Part shown: piece after piece, positions 7,368 through 13,817 of the stretch
Position numbering within the stretch: the stretch's first letter is position 1
Layout: every line of letters begins with the position of its first letter
Source of the DNA: Planctomycetota bacterium
Lineage (GTDB): Bacteria; Planctomycetota; UBA1135; UBA2386
Direction: 5' to 3'
NCBI GenBank assembly: GCA_016793265.1
Contig: JAEUHT010000259.1
Coordinates: 1-17,419 of the forward strand
Length of the DNA stretch: 17,419 nucleotides
Made by a program: the position numbers and the translations under genes
The notes under the pieces: model-generated
Seen by the model: only the letters and a program-made list of their open reading frames with translations
The model's database searches: none
What the model was told of the DNA's origin: nothing

Positions 7368-8792
7368 TCAGGCCGGCAGCGTCGCCTTGGCTTCCTCGCG
7401 GCAGACGAGTGAGTACTCGCCGTTGCGCACCCGCACGGTGACGCGGGCGCCCGGGCCCAGGTCGTGGTCGAGGATCAGCTCGGTGAGCGGGTCCTCGATG
7501 CGGCGCTTGATCAGCCGGCGCAGCTCGCGGGCGCCGAACTCCTCGGAGAAGCCCTGCTTCGCCAGCAGCACGCGAACGCCCGGCGAGAACGTCACGTGGA
7601 TGCCGCGCCGCTTCAGCAGCTCGGTCACCTCGCGCAGCATGTTGCCGGCGATGCGCTGGCAGACGTTCTCGTCCAGCGCGTTGAACATGATGACCTCGTC
7701 GATGCGGTTGACGAACTCGGGGCGGAAGCTCTCGCGCAGCGCTTCGAGCGTCACCTCACGCAGGTTGATGTCCTTGAGGCTCTGCCGGCGGTGCGCCGAC
7801 GAGAAGCCCATGCGCGTGCGCACGGCCTCGATCTTCTCGATGCCGAGGTTCGAGGTCATCAGGATCAGCGCCTGGTGGAACGAGACGGTCTGCCCCTTGC
7901 TGTCGGTGATGATGCCCTCGTCGAGCAGCTGCAGCAGCAGGTTGTGCACCTTGTAGTGGGCCTTCTCGATCTCGTCGAACAGCACCACGCTGGTCGGCTT
8001 CTTCTTGATCGCCTCGGTCAGGAAGCCACCTTCGTTGTGGCCGATGTAGCCCGGCGGCGAGCCGATCAGCTTGGCGTACTCGTGCGGCAGCGCGTACTCG
8101 CTGCAGTCGACGCGGATCATCGCCGACGGGTCGTCGAACAGGTTGCGGGCGACGGCCTTGGCGAGCTCGGTCTTGCCGGTGCCGGTGCGACCGACCAAGA
8201 GGAAGGTGCCGACCGGGTTGGTCGGGCGCTTCAGGCCGACGGCGGCCTTCTTGACCGCGCGCACCAGCGACTCGATCGCTTCGTCCTGGCCGATGATCTG
8301 CTGGCGCAGGTTGCGCTCGAGGTTGGCGACGCGGCGGAACAGGCCCTGGCGGGCGGCTTCGTTGCCGGGGCGCGGCAGGAACGGGTCGTCGGCCTCGGTG
8401 GCCTTGCCGTTGGCGCCGGACGGGATGCTGACCTGGTGGATCTCCAGCGACGGGTTGACGTCGATGCAGATCTGGTAGAGCAGCTCCTCGACGACCTCGA
8501 GGTCGTAGCCTTCATCGAGCTTGCGCACGGCGGCGAGCACTTCGCCGTCGAACGTCGGCACGCAGGTGCGCACGACGCGTTGGCGGTAGTCCGACTTGTT
8601 GGCGATGGGCGCCGCGTGCAGTTCCTGCAGCAGCTCCTCCGAGCAGCAGCGGACCTTGATGAACTCGTCGATCAAGTCGAAGTACTTGATGACGAACGCA
8701 GCTCCTGGATGCTTCAAGCGTTGCCCTCGGCCTTGGTTCGTGACGAAGGCCTTTTCGGGCTCTTGCGTGCAGCGACTTGACGAGCGCCCCAT
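7368..8792 (-). CDS. Stand-alone ClpA/ClpB-D2-type AAA+ ATPase (AAA_2 + ClpB_D2-small) with an uncharacterised ~170-200 aa N-terminal domain
   Basis: D2 signatures: IIGQDEAIESLVRAV; Walker A LLVGRTGTGKTELAKAV; GSPPGYIGHNEGGFLTEA; Walker B VVLFDEIEKAH; sensor LILMTSNLG; and the D2-small domain FRPEFVNRIDEVIMFNALD. There is no D1 module, no ClpX zinc finger and no IGF loop. The region FVIKYFDLIDEFIKVRCCSEELLQELH...YDLEVVEELLYQICIDVNPSLEIHQV belongs to no family I recognise. The start is uncertain. The first in-frame ATG is at 8792, with no SD, and it overlaps the kinase ATG. The alternative is TTG at 8717, preceded by GAGGG with 6-nt spacing, which would give 449 aa. Confidence 0.7.
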   Translation of the reverse strand: MGRSSSRCTQEPEKAFVTNQGRGQRLKHPGAAFVIKYFDLIDEFIKVRCCSEELLQELHAAPIANKSDYRQRVVRTCVPTFDGEVLAAVRKLDEGYDLEVVEELLYQICIDVNPSLEIHQVSIPSGANGKATEADDPFLPRPGNEAARQGLFRRVANLERNLRQQIIGQDEAIESLVRAVKKAAVGLKRPTNPVGTFLLVGRTGTGKTELAKAVARNLFDDPSAMIRVDCSEYALPHEYAKLIGSPPGYIGHNEGGFLTEAIKKKPTSVVLFDEIEKAHYKVHNLLLQLLDEGIITDSKGQTVSFHQALILMTSNLGIEKIEAVRTRMGFSSAHRRQSLKDINLREVTLEALRESFRPEFVNRIDEVIMFNALDENVCQRIAGNMLREVTELLKRRGIHVTFSPGVRVLLAKQGFSEEFGARELRRLIKRRIEDPLTELILDHDLGPGARVTVRVRNGEYSLVCREEAKATLPA

Positions 8793-9927
8793 GATTCGTC
8801 GAAGTGCCGCAACCGCCACATCCTGGAACCACGTGATCGCCGACAGCAAACTGCTCGCCCTGCTCGTGCACCGCGGTCTGTTGACCGTCGACGACGCGCG
8901 CGCGGCGATGGCGGCCGGCGACGCGGCCAGGTTCCTGGTGCAGAGCGGCCGCTGCACCGCCGAGCAGTGGCAGCAGTGGCAGCGCACCGAGGCCGGCACC
9001 CGGCCGGTGCTGAGCCGCTACGACGTGGTCGGACAACTCGGCGAAGGCGCCGTCGGGCGCGTGTTCGCGGCGATCGACAAGGTCGACGGCCGCGATGTTG
9101 CGCTCAAGGTGCTGCGACCCGAGCTGGCGCGCGATGCGCAGCAGACCGAGCGCTTCGTCAAGGAGGCGCGCCTGCTGATGCAGCTCGAGCACCCGCAGCT
9201 GGTGAAGGGGCTGCGGGTCGCCAAGGAGGGCGAGACGATCTTCTTCGTGATGGAGCGGCTGCCGGGCGAGTGCCTGCAGGACATCCTGGCGCGCGAACAG
9301 CGGCTCGACGAGGAATCGGCGCTGCAGATCGTGGTCGAGGTGGCCGGCGCCCTCGACGCCCTGCACCAGCAGCGGCTCGTGCACCGCGACGTCAAGCCCG
9401 GCAACGTGCTGTGGTCGGAGCAGCGCGGCGCCGTGTTGATCGACCTCGGCTTCGCCGTCGCCGGCGGCGCCAACACCGGCGGCGACACCACCGCCGGCAC
9501 CGTGCACTACATCGCGCCGGAGCAGGCGCGCGGCAGCGACCAGCTCGACGTGCGCGCCGACATCTACGCGCTCGGCGCCACGCTGTACCACCTGACCACC
9601 GGCTCGTTGCCGTTCGAAGGTCGCACCAGCGAGGAGGTGCTGAGGAAGCAGGTGCTGGAGTCGTTGTCCGGCGACCGCATCCGCGCGCTGCGGTTGTCGC
9701 CGCACCTGCACTACTTCCTCGAGAAGATGATGGCGAAGGACCCGGCGATGCGGTTCCAGGATCCGCAGCAGCTGCAGCGCGAGATCGAGGCCTTCCTGCA
9801 GCAGCGGCGCCAGCAGCGCGAGCTCGAGGAGAAGCAGCGCGACCGGCCACGGTTGGGCGATCGGCCGCGCGCGGGGGAACGGCGGCGGCCGTCGATGTTC
9901 GAGCGGCGGCGGCGCGGGCGGCGATGA
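8791..9927 (+). CDS. Hanks-type serine/threonine protein kinase (soluble; N-terminal ~75 aa possibly T2SSE_N/MshEN-like; Arg-rich C-terminal tail)
   Basis: Kinase motifs: Gly loop GEGAVGRV, VAIK-type VALKVL, catalytic loop HRDVKPGN, DLG (the DFG equivalent) in IDLGFA, APE in YIAPEQ. No TM segment. The N-terminal LLALLVHRGLLTVDDARAAM...AEQWQQW looks like a small helical domain. The C-terminus RRQQRELEEKQRDRPRLGDRPRAGERRRPSMFERRRRGRR is strongly basic. Start is ATG 8791 (or GTG 8833), with no SD. TGA at 9925-9927. Confidence 0.85.
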   Translation: MIRRSAATATSWNHVIADSKLLALLVHRGLLTVDDARAAMAAGDAARFLVQSGRCTAEQWQQWQRTEAGTRPVLSRYDVVGQLGEGAVGRVFAAIDKVDGRDVALKVLRPELARDAQQTERFVKEARLLMQLEHPQLVKGLRVAKEGETIFFVMERLPGECLQDILAREQRLDEESALQIVVEVAGALDALHQQRLVHRDVKPGNVLWSEQRGAVLIDLGFAVAGGANTGGDTTAGTVHYIAPEQARGSDQLDVRADIYALGATLYHLTTGSLPFEGRTSEEVLRKQVLESLSGDRIRALRLSPHLHYFLEKMMAKDPAMRFQDPQQLQREIEAFLQQRRQQRELEEKQRDRPRLGDRPRAGERRRPSMFERRRRGRR

Positions 9928-10337
9928 GCGGCGAGGTCGGTGACACACGCGCCGGCTTCCCGTTCGCCTTCACCTGCCGCCGCTCCGGCAACTGCTGCGC
10001 GATCCCCGGCGGCTTCGTGCGGGTCGCCGCCAGCGAAGCCGCGGCGATCGCCGCGCACCTCGGCATGAGCGAGGCCGCGTTCCAGAGCCGCTACCTGCAG
10101 GCCGACGGCGAACGGCTCAAGGAAGGGCTCGGCCACCGCTGCGTGTTCCTGCAGGACGGCCGGTCGGCCGGTTGCAGCATCTACCCGGTGCGGCCGGCGA
10201 AGTGCCGCGATTGGCCGTTCTGGCCCGAACTGCAGACCGACGCGGCGCTGCTGCAGTTTGTGCGGCGCACCTGCCCGGGGCTCAGGGATCGACCTTCGAC
10301 CAGCGCCGGCGCGCCAGATCGACCCGGTGCGACTTGA
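9924..10337 (+). CDS. YkgJ/UPF0153-family (CxxCxxCC-type) putative Fe-S/zinc-binding protein; variant N-terminal motif CRRSGNCC
   Basis: 137 aa. Its ATG (9924-9926) overlaps the kinase TGA (ATGA), which suggests translational coupling. N-terminal FTCRRSGNCCAIPGGFVRV and C-terminal CVFLQDGRSAGCSIYPVRPAKCRDWPFWPE match the two Cys clusters of the family as I recall it. The expected second Cys of CxxCxxCC is Ser here. The 3' end overlaps the convergent recQ 3' end by 56 nt. Confidence 0.65.
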   Translation: MSGEVGDTRAGFPFAFTCRRSGNCCAIPGGFVRVAASEAAAIAAHLGMSEAAFQSRYLQADGERLKEGLGHRCVFLQDGRSAGCSIYPVRPAKCRDWPFWPELQTDAALLQFVRRTCPGLRDRPSTSAGAPDRPGAT

Positions 10338-11982
10338 GGTCGCTGGCGCGTTCGACGTCGGCGACGAAGCCGCGGCCGCGTTGGTGCACGCGCGTGACGC
10401 AGCACGGGCCGAGGCCCGGCACGGAGATCCAGTCGCCCCGCTGCACGGGCGCCGCCGCCGCCGCCGCGGCCGGGTCGGTGGTGGTGGCCGTCGGCTGCGC
10501 GCGCGGCACCGGCACCGGGGCCGGCAGGTGCGTGTCGTGCCAGCGCGGGCCCGGCGCGCAGACGTCGCAGGCGGCGCAGCCGTGTTCGAGGTCGTCGAAG
10601 CCGAAGTGCTCGTGGATCGTGCGCTTGCGGCACACGCCCTCGGTGGCGTAGCGCACCATGCGCAAGAGGCCGAGCAGGTCCTGCTGGCGCTTGTCGGCTG
10701 GCAGCCAGTCGGCGAGTTCCGCGTCGTCGGGCACCCGCGTCAGCAGCAGGTCCTGGCCCGGTTCGCCGGTGAGGCAGCCGCCGGCGCGCAGCAGGCGCAG
10801 CACGGTGTCGACGCGGCCGTCGTGGCGGTTCTTGGTCAGCAGCGCCTCGCGCAGCGTGTCGACGTCGGCCGCGTGCAGGCGGTCGCCGAGCCCTTGCATG
10901 TGGTCGATGAGCTGGCGGGCGAAGTCCACCCCAGGGTTGGCCCACTCGGTGAAGTCGCGCTGGATGACGAGGTCCTGCTCGCGCCACAACAGCTCGCAGC
11001 AGGCGCCTCGGCCGTCGCGGCCGGCGCGGCCGACCTCCTGGTAGTAGGCCTCCAGCGTGCGCGGGATCTGCCAGTGCACGATGCTGCGGATGTCCTGCTT
11101 GTCGACGCCCATGCCGAAGGCGTTGGTGGCGAGCATCAGCGCGTTGTGGCTGTCCTGGAACCGCTGCTGCTGCGTGCGCCGTTCGTGCGCCGACAGGTCG
11201 CCGTGGTAGACGAGCGGCCGGAAGCCGCGGCGCTGCAGTTCCCCTTCGAGCTGCAGCAGGTCCTTGATCAAGGCGCAGTAGACGATCGCCGGGCCGCCGC
11301 TGCGCTCGAGCAGGGCCCGCAGCCGCGCCAGCTTGTCGTCGTCGTCGTGGCAGTCGTGCACCGACAGGTAGAGGTTCTCGCGCTGGATGCCGGTGTGGAA
11401 CAGGGGCGCGTCGTCGAGGCCGAGCGCGCGGCGCACGTCCGCCTGCACCGTCGGTGTCGCCGTCGCCGTCAGCGCCAGGCACGGCGGCTGGCCGAGTGCT
11501 CGCCGCACCTGCCCGAGCCGCAGGTAGTCGGGGCGGAAGTCGTGGCCCCACTGGCTGACGCAGTGCGCCTCGTCGATGGCGAGGCGGCTCACGCCGACGC
11601 GCTGCACGGCGGCGAGGAAGCCGTCGACGCGGAAGCGCTCCGGCGTGCAGTAGAGCAGGCGCACGCGCCCGTCCTGCACCATGGTCAGACGGCGCTGGCG
11701 TTCGTCGCGCGGCAGCAGGCTGTGGATGCAGGTCGCCGGCAGCTCGCGCCGGCGCAACGCCGCGACCTGGTCGTCCATCAGCGCGATCAGCGGCGACACC
11801 ACGATCGTGAGGCCAACACCGACCAGCGCCGGCAGCTGGTAACACAGCGACTTGCCGTCGCCGGTGGCCATCAGCACCAACGCCGAGCCGCCGGCCAGGA
11901 AGTGCTCGCAGATGCGCTGTTGCGGGCCGCGGAAGCCGGTGAAGCCGAAGTGCTGTTCGAGCGCACGCAGGAGGTCGGACAC
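10282..11982 (-). CDS. recQ: RecQ-family ATP-dependent DNA helicase (start site unresolved; no HRDC domain apparent)
   Basis: N-terminal LLRALEQHFGFTGFRGPQQ; Walker A LVLMATGDGKSLCYQLPAL; DEAH box LAIDEAHCVSQWGHDFRPDY; TATAT in LALTATATPTV; helicase C region HSLLPRDERQRRL...NALMLATNAFGMGVDKQDIR; RecQ zinc-binding region CRKRTIHEHFGF...CAACDVC. The coordinates use GTG at 11982, which lies 4 aa before the LLRAL..FGF motif. The same frame stays open upstream, and a strong AAGGAG-N7-ATG sits at 12089 in the -1 frame. The ORF-track start at 12363 would overlap the divergent glycosyltransferase gene by 275 nt and is rejected. Confidence 0.8.
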   Translation of the reverse strand: MSDLLRALEQHFGFTGFRGPQQRICEHFLAGGSALVLMATGDGKSLCYQLPALVGVGLTIVVSPLIALMDDQVAALRRRELPATCIHSLLPRDERQRRLTMVQDGRVRLLYCTPERFRVDGFLAAVQRVGVSRLAIDEAHCVSQWGHDFRPDYLRLGQVRRALGQPPCLALTATATPTVQADVRRALGLDDAPLFHTGIQRENLYLSVHDCHDDDDKLARLRALLERSGGPAIVYCALIKDLLQLEGELQRRGFRPLVYHGDLSAHERRTQQQRFQDSHNALMLATNAFGMGVDKQDIRSIVHWQIPRTLEAYYQEVGRAGRDGRGACCELLWREQDLVIQRDFTEWANPGVDFARQLIDHMQGLGDRLHAADVDTLREALLTKNRHDGRVDTVLRLLRAGGCLTGEPGQDLLLTRVPDDAELADWLPADKRQQDLLGLLRMVRYATEGVCRKRTIHEHFGFDDLEHGCAACDVCAPGPRWHDTHLPAPVPVPRAQPTATTTDPAAAAAAAPVQRGDWISVPGLGPCCVTRVHQRGRGFVADVERASDLKSHRVDLARRRWSKVDP

Positions 11983-12039
11983 GCAGCGAGCGTAGGTGGC
12001 GGCGGCGGCGCTGTCCTGCGCCGAGGCCGGGAAGTCCCG

Positions 12040-12076
12040 TTCGTACTGGAGCGCGGCGCGGCCTCGGCGATAGTGC
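12040..12076 (+). promoter_or_regulatory. Conserved upstream element of GT-C copy 1: TTCGTACTGGAGC - N16 - GATAGTGC, ending 11 nt before the ATG
   Basis: A near-identical bipartite element is present upstream of the paralog (13769..13807). It contains an AT-richer GATAGT hexamer in otherwise >70% GC DNA, which is a candidate -10-like box. It overlaps the upstream-extended recQ reading frame on the other strand. Confidence 0.35.
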
Positions 12077-12087
12077 CGCGCCTCCGC

Positions 12088-13749
12088 ATGAGGTCGCTCC
12101 TTCGCCGCCGACCCTGGCTGCTCGCGCTGGTCCTGGCCGTGGCCATGACGCTGGCGAACCTGTGGGAGCCGCTGACCGTCGACGACGTCTGCCACCACTA
12201 CTACGCCGCGCAGGTCGCGGCGGCGCCGGCGGACCCGTACGGCTTCGTGGTGCCCTGGCACCAGCAGCCGCGGCCGGCCTGGCAGGTCATGGTGCCGCCG
12301 GTGCACTCGTACTGGTGGGCGGCGGCGCTGCGCCTGTTCGGTGACTCGCCGCCGCTCTGGCACCTATGGTTCCTGCCGATCTACTGGCTGCTCTGCGCCA
12401 GCGTGCTCGACCTGCTGCGGCGCTGGGCGCGGCCGCACGCCGCCGCGGTGACCGCCGCCATCGGGCTCGGGCCGGCGCTGCTGCCCGGGGCGAACTTCAT
12501 GCTCGACGTGCCGATGCTGGCGTTCGCGCTGGCGTCGCTGGCCTGCCTGCAGCGCGCCGCCGACCGCCGCAGCGGGCCGCTCGGCCTCGCTGCCGGCGTG
12601 CTGCTCGGGCTCGCGCTGCAGACGAAGTACTCGGCGCTGGCGTACTTCGGCCCGTGGTTCCTGCTCGCGCTCTGGCGGCGTCGGGCGCGCGAACTGCTGG
12701 CCGGCCTCGCCGGCGTCGTCGCCACCGCCGGCGGCATCGAGTGGCTGCTGGCGCTCGCGCACGGCGGCGGTTCCTACTTCCTGCAGCACCTCGGCAACGC
12801 GCCGGCCCGCGACTGGGACCATGTGCTGCGCGGGCTGCTGATGCAGTACGGCGTGCTCGGCATGCCGGCGGCTCTGCTGGCCCTGTGGGGGCTCGGCGTG
12901 CGCGGCTGGCGCTTCGCCGCCGCCGGCCTGGTCTACGCCGCCGGCTACCTGCTGGTGGCGTGGTCGCCGCTGCGCTCTGGCAACGGCGCGCCGGGCCTCG
13001 TGCACGGGGCCGGCTATGCGGCCATGGTGGCGCTCACCTGGGGGGCGACGCTGTGGTTGTTGTGGGCGGCGGCGCGGCGCGGGCTGCGGCGGCGGCGACC
13101 GGCGGCGCTCGCGGGCGTGTTCTTCGCGGCCTGGTTCGTCGCCGAACTGGCGGCGAGCCTGCTGATGTCGCCGTTCCCCGCCGCCCGGCGCGTGCTGGGC
13201 ATGACCGTGGTGGCCACGGTCGCGGCGGCGTGGTGGTTGGCGCGGCAGCGCGGCTCGCAGGCGCCGGTGCGGGTGGTGGCGCTGGCCACGGTCGGGCTCG
13301 GCCTCGGCTACCAGCTGCTCGATTGCGTCGAAGGTGCGGCCTGGACCGCGGCGGCGCCGGCGACGGCGGCGTGGGCGCGGCAATACGCGCCGGCGGCCGC
13401 GCTCTTCTTCACGGGCGGCTGGGGCTTCGAGTTCTACGCGCCCCGCGCCGGCATGCGGCCGCTGTTGACCGCGGGAACGGCGCTGCGGGCGGGGGACCTC
13501 GTCGCGGCCGGCAGCCTCGATGGCACCGAGCCGCCGTGGTTCGAGGCCAGCGAACTGCTGGAGCCGGTGGCCGAGCTGACGTTCGGCGATGATGTCGTGC
13601 CGCTGTCGCTGCACCACGGCTACTACTCGGGGCGCCGGCCGATCGACCACCAGCACGGGCCGCGCTACGTGGTGCACCTGCTGCGGGCGCGCCGCGACTT
13701 CACCAGCGCCGACTTGGTGCCGCTGCCGCTGCCGCTGCGCTTCCGCTGA
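12088..13749 (+). CDS. Polytopic GT-C-fold membrane glycosyltransferase (ArnT/PMT-like, GT39/GT83-type), copy 1 of a tandem pair
   Basis: 553 aa. N-terminus MRSLLRRRPWLLALVLAVAMTLANLW (basic then TM). The first-loop motif TVDDVCHHYYAA matches the D-[DE]-x-x-x-Y-A signature of ArnT/PMT-type GT-C enzymes. Eight to ten further hydrophobic segments follow, and there is a C-terminal soluble domain (FFTGGWGFEFYAPRAGM...). The start is supported by alignment with the paralog N-terminus. TGA at 13747-13749. Confidence 0.75.
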   Translation: MRSLLRRRPWLLALVLAVAMTLANLWEPLTVDDVCHHYYAAQVAAAPADPYGFVVPWHQQPRPAWQVMVPPVHSYWWAAALRLFGDSPPLWHLWFLPIYWLLCASVLDLLRRWARPHAAAVTAAIGLGPALLPGANFMLDVPMLAFALASLACLQRAADRRSGPLGLAAGVLLGLALQTKYSALAYFGPWFLLALWRRRARELLAGLAGVVATAGGIEWLLALAHGGGSYFLQHLGNAPARDWDHVLRGLLMQYGVLGMPAALLALWGLGVRGWRFAAAGLVYAAGYLLVAWSPLRSGNGAPGLVHGAGYAAMVALTWGATLWLLWAAARRGLRRRRPAALAGVFFAAWFVAELAASLLMSPFPAARRVLGMTVVATVAAAWWLARQRGSQAPVRVVALATVGLGLGYQLLDCVEGAAWTAAAPATAAWARQYAPAAALFFTGGWGFEFYAPRAGMRPLLTAGTALRAGDLVAAGSLDGTEPPWFEASELLEPVAELTFGDDVVPLSLHHGYYSGRRPIDHQHGPRYVVHLLRARRDFTSADLVPLPLPLRFR

Positions 13750-13768
13750 AGGCGATGCGAGAACCCGA

Positions 13769-13807
13769 TTCGTGCTGGAGCAGGCCGCGGGCTGGGACCG
13801 ATAGTGC
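13769..13807 (+). promoter_or_regulatory. Conserved upstream element of GT-C copy 2: TTCGTGCTGGAGC - N18 - GATAGTGC, ending 10 nt before the ATG
   Basis: Same two blocks as 12040..12076: 12/13 identity in block 1, 8/8 in block 2, and similar spacing to the ATG. It fills the 68-bp gap between the paralogs. Confidence 0.35.
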
Positions 13808-13817
13808 GCATCCCGGC

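Noticed and set aside
10441-10462. (GCC)n / ccgccgccgcc simple-sequence run
   Set aside because: It lies inside recQ and simply encodes the poly-Ala linker (DPAAAAAAAP). It is not an intergenic repeat, CRISPR or a contingency locus in a start region. The similar (GCC)4 near 12000 is discussed under the recQ start finding.
12090-12363. recQ starting at the first ATG of its ORF (12363)
   Set aside because: That would overlap the well-supported divergent GT-C gene by 275 nt, with an Arg-rich, non-protein-like N-terminal translation.
13755-13817. ATG at 13755 as the start of the second GT-C paralog (6 nt after the copy-1 stop)
   Set aside because: The encoded N-terminus (MREPDSCWSRPRAGTDSAHPG) is not conserved with copy 1. 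The stretch also contains the duplicated non-coding upstream element, and the GAAGG sits only 2 nt from that ATG. ATG 13818 aligns with the copy-1 N-terminus.
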